Origin: Beijerinckiaceae bacterium
Lineage (GTDB): Bacteria > Pseudomonadota > Alphaproteobacteria > Rhizobiales > Beijerinckiaceae
NCBI GenBank assembly: GCA_033853615.1
Contig: JAWOLK010000036.1
Coordinates: forward strand, 1 to 62,969
Length of the DNA stretch: 62,969 bases
Direction of reading: 5' to 3'
This document shows, one piece after another, positions 31,853 through 42,955 of this stretch. The notes below the pieces were generated by a model, which worked only from the letters and a program-made list of their open reading frames with translations, did not search any database and was not told the origin of the DNA. The translations under genes were made by a program, and so were the position numbers. Every line of letters starts with the position of its first letter. Position 1 is the stretch's first letter.

Positions 31853-34351
31853 TCAGAAGTTGGTTCCGCCGGAGAAGCGGAAGTTCTGCGTAATGTCGTG
31901 CTGATCCTTCGACGTCACGACGGCGTAATCGAAGCGGATCGGCCCGAGCGGGGATTGCCACAGCAGCGACGCGCCGACCGAAGAACGGAGCTTCGGACCA
32001 TTGCTGGTGACGCGGAAGCAGGTGCCTTGGCCAAAGGTCGGCGGGGTGTAGGGATAGACGCAGGTCGGGTCGAACCACGACAGATTGGTCTGGTTGGTGA
32101 GGAAGTTCGTCACACCCTTGTAATTCCACAACGTGCCGGCGTCGGCGAAGAGCGCGCCGCGCAATCCGATGTCCTTCGGCAAGCCCCAGATCGGGAATTG
32201 CACTTCGAGCGAACCGCCGACGTAATCGGTGCCGCCGAGCGAGTTGCCCTGCACGGTGAAGGGGTTGCTGATGTCGCGCGGGCCGATGCCGCCCGGAGCG
32301 AAGCCGCGCACGAGGCTCGGACCGAGATTGAAGTTGTCCATCACGCGGAACTTATATCCGCCGATGCTGGTTAGATCGCCCGCTTGCGCATGCACAATGC
32401 CGACAACATCGTCGATGAACGGCATTTCGTGGAAATAGCGGAAGTCGCCAGTCGTGCGCAGGTAGCGCGTGTCGCCGCCGAGACCCGCGACATCCTGCGA
32501 GAGGACGGCGTGTACGCCATTGTGCGGATTCTTGAAATTGTCGATCGTGTCATAGGCCAGCGAATAGCCGACCAGCGAGGTGAGCCGCCCGCCCTGCGAT
32601 TGCTTGATCGCAAGCGACGCCTCGCCATTGGTCTGACAGTTCGTAAAGACGTTCAGGTCCGCCGGCGTAGGCGCGAAGACATAGCCGAAGCCGGGCGTGT
32701 AACCAGGGATCGGCACCTGACAGTCGTTGTAGGGGCGCCGGCTGTCGTTCGGGATCGAGATCGTCGTATTGTAGATCGAGTAATGCGGCGACAGGCTGAT
32801 CTCGTCGGTGATCGGCACGCCGAACCGGACCGTGCCGCCGACCGCCGTGGTGCCGTAAACGGAATAATTGTAGGCGTCCGACTTCCGCGCATAGAGATCG
32901 AAGCCCGCGGAGAGGCGCTGATCGAGGAAATAGGGCTCGGTGAAGCTGAAGGTCACGCCACGGGCGCGCTGGCCGGCTTCAACCGACAGGCGCACGGCTT
33001 GGCCGCGACCCATGAAGTTGCTCTCCGACACAGACACTTCGGCAATGAAGCCCTGGGTCGTCGAATAGCCGCCGGAGACGCCGAAATTGCCAGTCGGCTG
33101 GTCTTCCACATCGACATTGACGACCACGCGATCAGGGGACGAGCCCGGCTCGTTGGTGACCTTGACCTTCTTGAAATAGCCGAGACCATTCAAGCGCCGC
33201 TCGGCGCGGTCGATCAACACGCGATTATAGGCGTCGCCCTCGCCGATCTCGAACTCGCGCCGGATGACATAGTCACGCGTGCGCGTGTTCCCCCGGATAT
33301 TGATGCGCTCGATGTAGACGCGCGGACCCTCGTCCAGCACGAAGCGGATGGCGACCGTCTGATTGGCGGGATTGCGCTCGCCGCGCGGCCGCGCCTGCGT
33401 GAAGGCATAGCCCTTCTTTGCGATTTCGCGCGTCAAAGCCTCGACCGTCTTCTCAACCGCGTCGCCGTTGTAGACATCGCCGTCGGAAAGCCTGAGCAAG
33501 CCCCGCAGCGACGCCGGATCGATATCCGGCAGATGCGACTCGATGTCGACGCTCGAGACCCGATATTGCGGGCCCTCTTCAACGACGATGGTGATGATGT
33601 AACCGCCCTGCGCCGGATCGAAGCGGGCGTCGGAACTCACGACATGGAAGTCGGCGTAGCCGTTCTTCAGGTAAAACCGGCGGACGAGCTCCAGATCGGA
33701 GGCGATGCGGTCCGGGTCATAGACGTCGCTGGTCTTCAGAAAAGACAGGAAGTTCATTTCCGTCGTCTCCATCAGCCCAACCAGGCGGCCGGTGGAGTAA
33801 ACCTTGTTGCCGACGAATCTGATTTCCTTGACGCCGGTCTTCTCGCCCTCGACGATCGTGAAAACCACGTCGATGCGGCCGTTCGGAAGCGGAACCGTGC
33901 GATAGCTGATCTGCGCGCCCGCGCGTCCCGACCGCTTATAGATCTCCTGAAGACGCGCGACGTCGGCGTTGGCGACTTCCGGGCTGAAGGAGCCGCGCGA
34001 GCGGGTCCGCACCTCGGACTGGAGAAGCTCGGTCTTGACCTTGCTGTTGCCCTCGAAGGCGACCTGATTGATGATGTTGCTTTCAGAGACGCGGACGACG
34101 ACCCGATCGCCCTCGCGCTTGGCGCTGACGCTGGAGAATCGGCCGGTGTTACGCAGCGCTTCGACGCCCTGCTCGATCTCGGCCGGGCTCGCGCCCGAGA
34201 AATAGGAGCGGATCATTTCCGCGTCGCCGCGGGTGTTGCCGACGACCACGACCTCTGGCGCCGCGCAAGCGGGCGCGACGAACCCGATAAAAAGCGCGAA
34301 GACCGCCAAAATCAAAGGCGTAAGTTTCAATTTGCCTATCATGGGCTTCAT
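31853..34351 (-). CDS. bamA: Outer membrane protein assembly factor BamA
   Basis: Signal peptide, POTRA repeats (GNTRTRDYVIRRE), VRGF motif, SPLGPIRFDYA, C-terminal FRFSGGTNF. Confidence 0.97.
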   Translation of the reverse strand: MKPMIGKLKLTPLILAVFALFIGFVAPACAAPEVVVVGNTRGDAEMIRSYFSGASPAEIEQGVEALRNTGRFSSVSAKREGDRVVVRVSESNIINQVAFEGNSKVKTELLQSEVRTRSRGSFSPEVANADVARLQEIYKRSGRAGAQISYRTVPLPNGRIDVVFTIVEGEKTGVKEIRFVGNKVYSTGRLVGLMETTEMNFLSFLKTSDVYDPDRIASDLELVRRFYLKNGYADFHVVSSDARFDPAQGGYIITIVVEEGPQYRVSSVDIESHLPDIDPASLRGLLRLSDGDVYNGDAVEKTVEALTREIAKKGYAFTQARPRGERNPANQTVAIRFVLDEGPRVYIERINIRGNTRTRDYVIRREFEIGEGDAYNRVLIDRAERRLNGLGYFKKVKVTNEPGSSPDRVVVNVDVEDQPTGNFGVSGGYSTTQGFIAEVSVSESNFMGRGQAVRLSVEAGQRARGVTFSFTEPYFLDQRLSAGFDLYARKSDAYNYSVYGTTAVGGTVRFGVPITDEISLSPHYSIYNTTISIPNDSRRPYNDCQVPIPGYTPGFGYVFAPTPADLNVFTNCQTNGEASLAIKQSQGGRLTSLVGYSLAYDTIDNFKNPHNGVHAVLSQDVAGLGGDTRYLRTTGDFRYFHEMPFIDDVVGIVHAQAGDLTSIGGYKFRVMDNFNLGPSLVRGFAPGGIGPRDISNPFTVQGNSLGGTDYVGGSLEVQFPIWGLPKDIGLRGALFADAGTLWNYKGVTNFLTNQTNLSWFDPTCVYPYTPPTFGQGTCFRVTSNGPKLRSSVGASLLWQSPLGPIRFDYAVVTSKDQHDITQNFRFSGGTNF

Positions 34352-34607
34352 CTAATCTTGGTCCTCGTCGCAACTTCCGCCGCCCAAAGGCGCGGCTCGG
34401 GCCGTTCTTCGGCGAGCGCTCGCGCACCGTAGAATCCGTAGGGTTCTTTCTACCCGGTTTAGCCCACCCTGCAAATGCCAGGGACCAGCTGTTTAAGCGA
34501 TTTGAGGGAAGCGTGGCCGATGCGCCACGATTTATGGTCAGCGCTTGGTTAATGCGCGCGCCGCATGACTTCCCCAACGGGGGCAGATCACCAAAAGGCG
34601 GCGGAGA

Positions 34608-35762
34608 TCATGAGCCGCCGCCCGCAAAGCGCCGAACCAGACGCGCTATGTCGTTATATGTCGAGAAGACCATCAGCGTGCAGACGACCGCGAGGCCGAC
34701 GCGGAACGCATATTCCTGAGTCCGCTCGTTCAGAGCGCGCCCCTGCAGCGCCTCTATGCCGAGAAACAGCAGATGGCCGCCGTCGAGCAGCGGAATCGGC
34801 ATCAAGTTGAGCATGCCGATCGAAATCGACAACAGCGCGATGAGATTGCCGAACGGCCAGAGCCCGACTTTCGTGATCGCCTGGGCCATCTTGCCCGAAA
34901 CCTGCGCAATGCCGATCGGCCCCGAGAGCTGATCGGCGCTCTCCCGTCCGGTGAGAAGCCCGCCCACATAGCTGAAGGTGCGGGCGGATAAAGCCCAGGT
35001 CTCGTCGACCGCCAACCCAGCCGCCTGAATGAAATTATAGTGCTCCTCCCGCATGTCGGCCCGGTCTGTGCTTGCGTGGAGGCCGATCATCCCGATGCGG
35101 GTTTTGCCGAGCGGGCCTTCGACGTCCTTCCAGGCGGGCGTGACGGACAGCGTCACGTCTTGCCGGTCTCGGCGCACGACGACCGTCAGCGTCTGGCCGG
35201 CGGCCCCGGACACGATTTCCTGCACTTTCGCGAAGCTGTCGATCGGCGCGCCGTCGATCGAGACGATGAGATCGCCCGCACGGAAGCCGGCCGCCTCCGC
35301 GACGGCGCCCTGCGCCACGCCGCCGACGCGCGGCGCGAGGAGCGTTCGGCCATAGGTCCCGAACAACAGCGTGTATATGACGATCGCGAGCACGAAATTG
35401 GCGAAGGGGCCAGCGAAGACGATCGCAGCGCGTTTCCAGACCGGCTGGGCGAAGAAGGTCAGCCTGCGCTCCTCCTCCGACAGGACGAGGGCCCCGCTCT
35501 GGTCCGGCGCGCTGGCCGCGTTGGCGTCGCCGAGGAATTTGACGTAGCCGCCGAGCGGAATCGCGGCGATCCGCCAACGCGTGCCGTAGCGGTCAACGAA
35601 GGCGAAAAGCTCCGGCCCGAAGCCCATCGAAAAGGTCTCGACCTTCACGCCGCACCAGCGGCCGACGAGAAAATGGCCGAACTCGTGAAAAAACACCACA
35701 AAGCTCAAAACGATGATGAACGGCACGACATAGGTCGCGAAACCGGTGATGAGATCCAGCAC
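34608..35762 (-). CDS. rseP: RIP metalloprotease RseP (M50)
   Basis: HEFGH, FSMGFGP, PLGGYVKF, AGPFAN, PDZ domain, NLMPIPLLDGGH; GTG start with GGGAG upstream. Confidence 0.95.
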   Translation of the reverse strand: MLDLITGFATYVVPFIIVLSFVVFFHEFGHFLVGRWCGVKVETFSMGFGPELFAFVDRYGTRWRIAAIPLGGYVKFLGDANAASAPDQSGALVLSEEERRLTFFAQPVWKRAAIVFAGPFANFVLAIVIYTLLFGTYGRTLLAPRVGGVAQGAVAEAAGFRAGDLIVSIDGAPIDSFAKVQEIVSGAAGQTLTVVVRRDRQDVTLSVTPAWKDVEGPLGKTRIGMIGLHASTDRADMREEHYNFIQAAGLAVDETWALSARTFSYVGGLLTGRESADQLSGPIGIAQVSGKMAQAITKVGLWPFGNLIALLSISIGMLNLMPIPLLDGGHLLFLGIEALQGRALNERTQEYAFRVGLAVVCTLMVFSTYNDIARLVRRFAGGGS

Positions 35763-35807
35763 GTCCCTACTCCCTGCGCGCCCCAACGCCGCGATGCGGC
35801 GAACCCA

Positions 35808-37052
35808 TTACGCTTGCTGACCAAATAACATGCCTGAAGCCGCCTCGCCCGCCAAGACCATTCGTGATCTTTCTCGCACGGTCCGATCGATCGCCAGCGC
35901 ATCCTCGACCGTCTCCGGCTCCCGGGCGACGCCGTCGCGCAGCGCCGCCTCGCAGGCCTCGGCCACATGTCTGGATATGTCCGCAAAGCCGATCCGGCGT
36001 TCGAGAAAAGCGGCGACGGCGATCTCATTGGCGGCGTTCAGCACGGTCGGCAGCCCGCGGCCCGTCGCCAGGGCGTCCAGCGCGAGCTTCAACGCGGGGA
36101 AGCGGTCGAAATCCGGCGCTTCGAAGGTCAGGGTCGCGATTTTCGAAAGATCGAGCCGCGGCGACGGCGTCTCCAGCCGCTCCGGATAGCCGAGGCAATG
36201 CGCGATCGGTATGCGCATATCGGGCTGAGCCAAACCGGCCGTCACCGAGCCGTCGGAAAAGGACACGAGCCCATGCACGATCGATTGCGGATGGACGACC
36301 ACATCGAGCTTGCCGGCCGGCACGTCGAAAAGATGATGGGCTTCGATCAGTTCGAGCCCCTTGTTCATCATTCCGGCCGAGTCGATGGTGATCTTCGGCC
36401 CCATGGCCCAGTTCGGATGGGCGAGCGCCTGTTCCACCGTCGCCTTTTCGATCGCGTCCTTGCTCCAGGTCCGGAACGGTCCGCCGGAGGCGGTGATGAT
36501 CATCCGTTCGATCCGGGCCGGATCTTCGCCGCCGAGCGCCTGAAAGATCGCATTGTGCTCGCTGTCCATCGGCAGCAGCCGGACGCCGAGCCGTCTCGCC
36601 GCATTCATGAACAGAACGCCGGCGCAGACCAGGCACTCCTTATTGGCGAGCGCGATGCTCCGCCCCTCCAAAAGCGCGGCGTAGGTCGGCTCGAGACCGG
36701 CGGCGCCGACAATGGCGCTGACGACGAGATCGGCCTCGCGCACCGCCGCCTCGATCACCGCTTCGCGGCCGGCCGCGACCTGAATGTTCGTCCCCGACAA
36801 GGCATCTTTCAGCGGCGCATAGGCGGAAGGGTCGCGGATCGCCACGAATTCGGCCTTCACGGCCCGCGCGGCGCGCGCCAGCGCTTCATGGTCGCTGCCG
36901 CCGGCAAGCGACACGACCGAAAATCGCTCCGGCGCCCGCTCCAAGAGATCGATCGTGGAGCGGCCGATCGAGCCGGTGGCGCCGAGGAGCGCAATGCGGC
37001 GCGGTCGAACGCCGGTCGCGGAAGAGGCGTTGCAGCTTGATCCCATAGTCAT
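35808..37052 (-). CDS. dxr: 1-deoxy-D-xylulose-5-phosphate reductoisomerase
   Basis: LGATGSIG, LANKE, PMDSEH, TASGGPF, HPNWAMG.KITIDSA, NKGLE, NAANE. Confidence 0.97.
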   Translation of the reverse strand: MTMGSSCNASSATGVRPRRIALLGATGSIGRSTIDLLERAPERFSVVSLAGGSDHEALARAARAVKAEFVAIRDPSAYAPLKDALSGTNIQVAAGREAVIEAAVREADLVVSAIVGAAGLEPTYAALLEGRSIALANKECLVCAGVLFMNAARRLGVRLLPMDSEHNAIFQALGGEDPARIERMIITASGGPFRTWSKDAIEKATVEQALAHPNWAMGPKITIDSAGMMNKGLELIEAHHLFDVPAGKLDVVVHPQSIVHGLVSFSDGSVTAGLAQPDMRIPIAHCLGYPERLETPSPRLDLSKIATLTFEAPDFDRFPALKLALDALATGRGLPTVLNAANEIAVAAFLERRIGFADISRHVAEACEAALRDGVAREPETVEDALAIDRTVRERSRMVLAGEAASGMLFGQQA

Positions 37053-37053
37053 C

Positions 37054-37899
37054 CTACCAGAGGAAAAGCCCTGCGGCGGCCGAGGCGTGATCGCGCAAAA
37101 CCCCGAAGAGGGCGGCGAAACCGCAGGCGAAGATGAAACCATCGAGACGATCCATGACCCCGCCATGCCCCGGGATCAGTCGACTCGAATCCTTGACGCC
37201 GAAGCGCCGCTTGACGGCCGACTCGAAGAGATCGCCGATCTGTGACAAGGCTGCGAGGAAAAGGCCGAGGAGCGCCGCCGGGGCAAGCGCGACCCCCGCT
37301 CCCATACGCGCCACGGCGAGCCCGAGCGCGGCGCCGCAGACAAGACCCGTGATCGTACCGGACCATGTCTTGCCGGCGGATACGCGCGGCCAGAGCTTCG
37401 GCCCGCCGATCAATCGGCCGCCGAAATAAGCGAATATGTCGGACCCCCATACGATCGCGAACAGCCAGGCGATCGCCAGCGTGCCGAGATCAGGGGACTG
37501 GCGCAGAAGAATGACCGAGAGCAGCAGGACGCCCGCGTAGAGAGCGCCGCCGGCGGCCCAGAGCCGCCGCCCCGACCCGGCGAGAATCGCCGCGACGACC
37601 GCCAGAAGCCCCACCGTGACGGCCGACCACACAGGAACGCCCAGTCGCAGGCAGGCGGCGGCCCCGAGGAGCCCGACCAGCCCGGCCGCGACACGCAAGC
37701 TGCGGCGCTCGGCCGCGATCAACGTCTGCCATTCCCAGAATATGGCGAAAGCGGCGGCCAGCCAGAACAAAGCGAAGAGATCGCCGCCGGCGATCAATGT
37801 CAGCAGCGCCGCGGCCACCAGGGCGGCAGCCGAAGCGACGCGGGGAAGAAGATCGACGAATTTGCTGGCGGCGGGCGCGGTCTGCGCGGGTTCGCTCAT
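37054..37899 (-). CDS. cdsA: Phosphatidate cytidylyltransferase
   Basis: [46 protein letters not shown]. Confidence 0.96.
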   Translation of the reverse strand: MSEPAQTAPAASKFVDLLPRVASAAALVAAALLTLIAGGDLFALFWLAAAFAIFWEWQTLIAAERRSLRVAAGLVGLLGAAACLRLGVPVWSAVTVGLLAVVAAILAGSGRRLWAAGGALYAGVLLLSVILLRQSPDLGTLAIAWLFAIVWGSDIFAYFGGRLIGGPKLWPRVSAGKTWSGTITGLVCGAALGLAVARMGAGVALAPAALLGLFLAALSQIGDLFESAVKRRFGVKDSSRLIPGHGGVMDRLDGFIFACGFAALFGVLRDHASAAAGLFLW

Positions 37900-38672
37900 G
37901 AAGCGGTCTTTGCTTTGTCGCGCGCGTCGACCCGGCCGAAGCGGCGCTCTCTGTGGCTATATTCGGCGATCGCCGCGAGGAAGGTCTTTTCGTCGAAATC
38001 CGGCCAGTTGATCGGCAGGAAAACGAATTCGGCATAGGCGGCCTGCCATAGCAGGAAATTCGACAGGCGCTGCTCGCCCGACGTGCGGATGATGAGATCC
38101 GGATCGGGAATGTCGGCGGTGTGCAACCGCGCCGAAAGCGCTTCCATGTCGATGTCGCAGGCCTGGAGCCGACCGGCGGCGACGGCTTCGGCGAGCGCGC
38201 GGGCCGCGGCGGCGATCTCCTGTCGCGCGCCATAGTTGAAAGCGACGACCAGCGTGAGGCCGGTGTTCGCCTGCGTCATCTGCTCCGCCTCGCGCAGCAG
38301 GTCCGCGATCTCAGGCGCAAGACCGGCGCGCGCGCCGATGACCCGCACCCGCACGTTATTGGCGTGCAGCTCGGCGAGATCATTGCGAATGAAGCGGTGC
38401 AGCAGCCCCAGCAGGCTTTGCACCTCCTCGGGCGGGCGCGACCAATTCTCCACCGAGAAGGAATAGACGGTCAGATAGGAGACCCCGATCTCAATGGCCG
38501 CCCGGACGGCTCGGCGCAGCGCCTCGACCCCGCGGCGATGGCCCTCGAAGCGCGGCAGGCCGCGCGCCGCCGCCCAGCGGCCATTGCCGTCCATAATCAG
38601 CGCGACATGGCGCGGAGGGACCGCCGCATCGACCGCGGGGGCGTCCAGTTCCAGCGTGTCGCTCTTCGCCAT
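37896..38672 (-). CDS. uppS: Undecaprenyl diphosphate synthase
   Basis: [45 protein letters not shown]. Confidence 0.97.
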   Translation of the reverse strand: MAKSDTLELDAPAVDAAVPPRHVALIMDGNGRWAAARGLPRFEGHRRGVEALRRAVRAAIEIGVSYLTVYSFSVENWSRPPEEVQSLLGLLHRFIRNDLAELHANNVRVRVIGARAGLAPEIADLLREAEQMTQANTGLTLVVAFNYGARQEIAAAARALAEAVAAGRLQACDIDMEALSARLHTADIPDPDLIIRTSGEQRLSNFLLWQAAYAEFVFLPINWPDFDEKTFLAAIAEYSHRERRFGRVDARDKAKTAS

Positions 38673-38736
38673 GCGTCGCTTTCCGGTGAAAATGAGACAA
38701 AGGGCGCGGCCTGTCAGCCGCCGCGCCGCTCGACGC

Positions 38737-39297
38737 CTAGACCTGCATGATCTCTTTTTCCTTGGCGGCGAGCGCCGCGTCTATCTCGCGGACGAATTCG
38801 TCGGTCGCTTTCTGAACCTCGGCCTCGTGACGCTTTTCGTCGTCTTCCGGGATGGCGTGATCCTTCAGCAGTTTCTTCAATATGTCGAGACCATCCCGCC
38901 GCACGTGGCGGACTGCGACGCGCGCCTCCTCCGCATAGCGATGGGCGACCTTCACAAGCTCCTTGCGGCGCTGTTCGTTCAGCTCGGGCGTGCGGATGCG
39001 AAGGGTCTGCCCCTCGACGGTGGGCATCAAGCCGAGATTCGCGTCGCGAATCGCCCTGTCGACCGCCCCGACCAGCGCCTTGTCCCAGACCTGGATCGAA
39101 ATCATCCGCGGCTCGGGAATGCTGATCGTCGCGACCTGGTTGAGCGGCGTCGATTGGCCATAGGCGTCGACATGCACCGGCTCGACGAGGCTCGCGGAGG
39201 CGCGGCCCGTGCGCAACCCCCCGAATTCATGTTTCAGCGTGGCGAGCGCGCCCTGCATGCGGCGCTTCAGATCGGCCAAATCGAATGTCTGACTCAT
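38737..39297 (-). CDS. frr: Ribosome recycling factor
   Basis: LRTGRAS, ERRKELVK-like, [15 protein letters not shown]. Confidence 0.97.
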   Translation of the reverse strand: MSQTFDLADLKRRMQGALATLKHEFGGLRTGRASASLVEPVHVDAYGQSTPLNQVATISIPEPRMISIQVWDKALVGAVDRAIRDANLGLMPTVEGQTLRIRTPELNEQRRKELVKVAHRYAEEARVAVRHVRRDGLDILKKLLKDHAIPEDDEKRHEAEVQKATDEFVREIDAALAAKEKEIMQV

Positions 39298-39404
39298 GGG
39301 GGATCGAACCTGTTCTCTGCTGTCCGTTAACTCAATATCCGCCGGGCGAGATCGGCCGCGCGGCTGGCTTGCCGACACGGCCGCCGCTGCGACGCCCGGA
39401 CCGG

Positions 39405-40133
39405 TCAAGGGAGGACATGCGTCGCCCGCCCTGCTCCGGCGAGCGTCGCCGTGATCGCTCCCGGCTCGCCGATCGAGAAAACAATTATCGGTATTCTGTT
39501 TTCGCGGGCAAGCGCGAAAGCCGCCGTGTCCATGACCGCAAGATTGCGCGCGATCGCCTCGTCATGCGTCAAAGATTCATAGCGGCGCGCGGCCGGGTCG
39601 CGCTTGGGATCGGCGGTGTAGACTCCGTCGACCTGCGTCGCTTTCAGCACCGCATCCGCGGAAAGCTCGGCGGCGCGCAGCACCGCGCCAGTGTCGGTCG
39701 TGAAGAAGGGATTGCCGGTGCCGCCGGCAGCGATCATCACCCGGCCCTTGGCGAGATGGTGCAGCGCGGCGCGGCGGGAGTAGGATTCGCACAGCGACGG
39801 CATCGGCACCGCCGAGAGGCAACGCGCCGGCCGGCCCCTGGCCTCGATCGCCTGCTCCAGCGCGAGACCATTCATCACGGTCGCCAGCATGCCGATGGAA
39901 TCGGCGCGCGCGCGCTCTATGCCCTTGTCGGCGCCGAGTATGCCGCGGAAAAAATTGCCGCCGCCGACCACCACCGCGACCTCGACCCCAAGCGCCGCCG
40001 CATCAGCGAGATCCTCCGCGATCCGCCCGAGCGTCGGGGCGTCGAGCCCGTGCGGGGCCGGGCCCATCAGCGCCTCCCCGGAGAGCTTGACGACGACGCG
40101 TTTCCACTGGGACGATCGGGCATACGCCGTCAT
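39405..40133 (-). CDS. pyrH: UMP kinase
   Basis: [43 protein letters not shown]. Confidence 0.97.
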   Translation of the reverse strand: MTAYARSSQWKRVVVKLSGEALMGPAPHGLDAPTLGRIAEDLADAAALGVEVAVVVGGGNFFRGILGADKGIERARADSIGMLATVMNGLALEQAIEARGRPARCLSAVPMPSLCESYSRRAALHHLAKGRVMIAAGGTGNPFFTTDTGAVLRAAELSADAVLKATQVDGVYTADPKRDPAARRYESLTHDEAIARNLAVMDTAAFALARENRIPIIVFSIGEPGAITATLAGAGRATHVLP

Positions 40134-40235
40134 GCGCGTTCTCTCTGGCTGGCCGGGCGGAATTGCCGCGCCAGTAATACAGGCCCGCGCGCCGTTCCCG
40201 CAAGCGAACGCGGCGCGCGGAGAGGCTTTTGTGGG

Positions 40236-41162
40236 TCAGCCCTTGGCGGCGGCGGCGACTTCGGCGGCGAAATCGCTCGACGCCTTCTCGATGCCCTCGC
40301 CGAGCGCGTAGCGGACATAGCCCTTGATGGCGATCGGCGCGCCGGCCTTGCCCTCGGTCTCCTTCAGCGCCTGAGCGATGGTCTTGCCGCCATGGTCGGG
40401 ATGATTCGAGACCTGATCGAGGAGGACGACCTCCTTGTAATAGGTCTTCAGGCCCGATTCGATGATCTTCTCGAGCACATTGGCGGGCTTGCCGGCGTTC
40501 TTTTCGGCGAGCAGCGCCTTCTCGCGCTCGATCGTCGCGGCGTCGAGGCCGGAGGCGTCGAGCGCCAGCGGATTGGCGGAGGCGACATGCATGGCCACCT
40601 GCCGCGCGAGGGCCGCCAGCACTTCCTTGTCGCCCTTCGATTCCAGCGCGACGATCACCGCGATCTTGCCCATCCCGTCGGCGATCTGCGTATGGACATA
40701 GCGGCCGACGACGCCGTCCTCGACCGAGAGCCGCGCGGCGCGGCGCAGCGTCAGATTCTCGCCGATGTTGGCGATGGCGGTCGTGATCGCCTCGGCGACC
40801 GTGCCGCCGCCGGGGTAGACCTGCGCATTGAGCGCGTCCGCCTCGGTCTTGCCGGACTTCAGCGCAACTTCGGCGATGTTGCGCGCCAGCGCCTGGAAGT
40901 CGACGTTGCGCGCGACGAAGTCGGTCTCCGAGTTCACCTCGACCGCGACGCCCGCCCGGTCTTCGGTGAGCGCGACGACGAGACCTTCCGCCGCCACGCG
41001 GCCGGACTTCTTCGCGGCCTTGGAGAGGCCCTTCTTGCGCAGCCAGTCGACGGCGGCCTGGAAGTCTCCGTCCGTCTCGGTGAGCGCAGCCTTGCAATCC
41101 ATCATGCCGGCGCCAGTGCTCTCACGCAGTTCCTTCACCAAAGCGGCGGTGATCGTGGCCAT
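40236..41162 (-). CDS. tsf: Elongation factor Ts
   Basis: [38 protein letters not shown]. Confidence 0.98.
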   Translation of the reverse strand: MATITAALVKELRESTGAGMMDCKAALTETDGDFQAAVDWLRKKGLSKAAKKSGRVAAEGLVVALTEDRAGVAVEVNSETDFVARNVDFQALARNIAEVALKSGKTEADALNAQVYPGGGTVAEAITTAIANIGENLTLRRAARLSVEDGVVGRYVHTQIADGMGKIAVIVALESKGDKEVLAALARQVAMHVASANPLALDASGLDAATIEREKALLAEKNAGKPANVLEKIIESGLKTYYKEVVLLDQVSNHPDHGGKTIAQALKETEGKAGAPIAIKGYVRYALGEGIEKASSDFAAEVAAAAKG

Positions 41163-41335
41163 GGTCGAATTCCTTTCCGGTTGTGCGACAGGCGGAGGGC
41201 GCCCCTTCGGCCCGCCGTCGAGAAGATGGGGCGGATCGCGTCGCGATTCGCAGCCCCGAGCCATTCTGCAAAGAACGCCGGCCCTGGCAGGACCGGCGCT
41301 CGTCATATCCGCGCGAAACGTGACGGTTGCGCGTC

Positions 41336-42343
41336 TTATGCGGAGGCCAGCGCCCTCGCCTGCTCCTGCCAGCCGTCACGGGCGATGCGGCCGTTGAGCT
41401 TCAGCTCGTTGTCGATCTTTTCGACCTCCGCCGGGGTCATCGCGGCGATCTGCCAATAGTGGAAGATACCGGCGTCGTTCAGCTTCTTGACGATCTGGGG
41501 GCCGACGCCGTGAAGCTTGGCGAGATCGTCGGGCGCGCCGCGTGGCGCAGACAGAAGCTCGAAGGCTTCCCCGCCCGGGGCGGTCTCGTCGGCCGCGGCG
41601 AGCGCCGGCTCCTCGATCGTCTCCGATTCGCCCAGGTCGACGCCCAGCGCGCCCTGGCCGCGGGAAATGCCGTCGATCGCGGCGCGGGCGATGAGGTCGC
41701 AATAGAGCGCGATCGCGCGGCCCGCGTCGTCATTGCCAGGGATCGGAAAGGTGACGCCGTCCGGATCGCAGTTCGTGTCGAGAATCGCCACGACGGGGAT
41801 CTTGAGGCGGTTGGCCTCCTTGATCGCCAACTGCTCCTTGTTGGTGTCGATGACGAAGATCATGTCGGGCACGCCGCCCATGTCCTTGATGCCGCCGAGC
41901 GCCTTTTCGAGCTTGTCGCGCTCGCGCGTCAGCAGCAGACGCTCCTTCTTGGTCACGCCCGCCGCGCCGACCGAGAGCTGCTCGTCGATCTTGCGCAGGC
42001 GCTGGATCGAGCCGGAAATCGTCTTCCAATTGGTCAGCGTGCCGCCAAGCCAGCGGGAATTGATGTAATATTGGGCGCTGCGCCGCGCGGCGTCGGCGAT
42101 TTGATCCTGCGCCTGACGCTTGGTTCCGACGAAAAGCACGCGGCCGCCCTTGGCCACCGTGTCCGAAATCGCCTTCAGCGCCTGGTGAAGCAGCGGCACC
42201 GTCTGCGCGAGGTCGATGATGTGGATGTTGTTGCGCGCGCCGAAGATAAAGGGCGCCATCTTCGGGTTCCAGCGATGCGACTGATGGCCGAAATGGGCGC
42301 CGGCCTCGAGCAGGCCGCGCATGGTGAAATCGGGAAGAGCCAT
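41336..42343 (-). CDS. rpsB: 30S ribosomal protein S2 with C-terminal HhH-like extension
   Basis: [10 protein letters not shown]...[26 protein letters not shown]; extra [11 protein letters not shown] domain. Confidence 0.98.
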   Translation of the reverse strand: MALPDFTMRGLLEAGAHFGHQSHRWNPKMAPFIFGARNNIHIIDLAQTVPLLHQALKAISDTVAKGGRVLFVGTKRQAQDQIADAARRSAQYYINSRWLGGTLTNWKTISGSIQRLRKIDEQLSVGAAGVTKKERLLLTRERDKLEKALGGIKDMGGVPDMIFVIDTNKEQLAIKEANRLKIPVVAILDTNCDPDGVTFPIPGNDDAGRAIALYCDLIARAAIDGISRGQGALGVDLGESETIEEPALAAADETAPGGEAFELLSAPRGAPDDLAKLHGVGPQIVKKLNDAGIFHYWQIAAMTPAEVEKIDNELKLNGRIARDGWQEQARALASA

Positions 42344-42452
42344 TTTTCGTTTCTCCGGTTGGACCTCGGCGAAAGCAAAGAGAGGCCGAAGCGACCGGCC
42401 ACCGGAACGGCGTCTTGCGACAGACGCCGTATCAACTCTCGCCTGTGGGATG
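42344..42452 (-). ncRNA. Structured rpsB leader (t44/S2-leader-like)
   Basis: Begins CCCACAGGCG, internal hairpin ACGGCGTC-tgtcgcaa-GACGCCGT, ends GAGGTCCAACC before the RBS; resembles the CACAC...GAGG..AACC layout of rpsB leaders. Confidence 0.55.
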
Positions 42453-42458
42453 GCGGGG

Positions 42459-42487
42459 CTTATAGGGGAGAACCCGCAGGCCGGCAA
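42459..42487 (-). promoter_or_regulatory. sigma70-type promoter of rpsB
   Basis: TTGCCG-N17-TATAAG on the minus strand just upstream of the leader. Confidence 0.65.
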
Positions 42488-42763
42488 GAGGCTGGCGCGA
42501 GTCGTTTTGGGGCGAAACCGGCGTGGCCGGCGCCGTTCTCGGGCGAAGATTCGCCTGTTGCGCTGCGCGGAAGATTCGCGGCAGGAGGCGGAAAACGACC
42601 CCGCCAACGTGGCTAACGCGATGAGACGAAAGGATTTTCGAGGTGATTTTGAAGGCGTGAAAATTGGACGATTAGCCGCATTGCTATCCAATTCGATTCA
42701 GGCTACGCTTACAGCGATGCGACAAGCATCATTCAGGTAAGATAAAAACAACAGGGGGAAAAC

Positions 42764-42955
42764 ATGGCCACGAACATTCACAGCACCGCGGAAATCGGCC
42801 GCACTCTGATGTGGGTCATCGGCGTCGTCGCTTTCGTCATCGTCGCCCTGACCTGGGTTCCGGACTGGATTTCTCCGGAAGGCACCAACGGCACGGGCAA
42901 CCGCGGCAGCATCGGCGGTGAAGGCGTTGGCGCCACCGCGAGGATGGTGAACTAA
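42764..42955 (+). CDS. 63-aa single-pass membrane protein, unknown function
   Basis: AGGGGG RBS; strongly biased codons (ATC, GGC, GTC, ACC, AAC); one TM (LMWVIGVVAFVIVALTW); Gly-rich tail. Confidence 0.75.
   Translation: MATNIHSTAEIGRTLMWVIGVVAFVIVALTWVPDWISPEGTNGTGNRGSIGGEGVGATARMVN

Noticed and set aside
32384-41459. 682-aa (32384..34432) and 724-aa (39285..41459) plus-strand ORFs
   Set aside because: Antisense shadows of bamA and pyrH/tsf.
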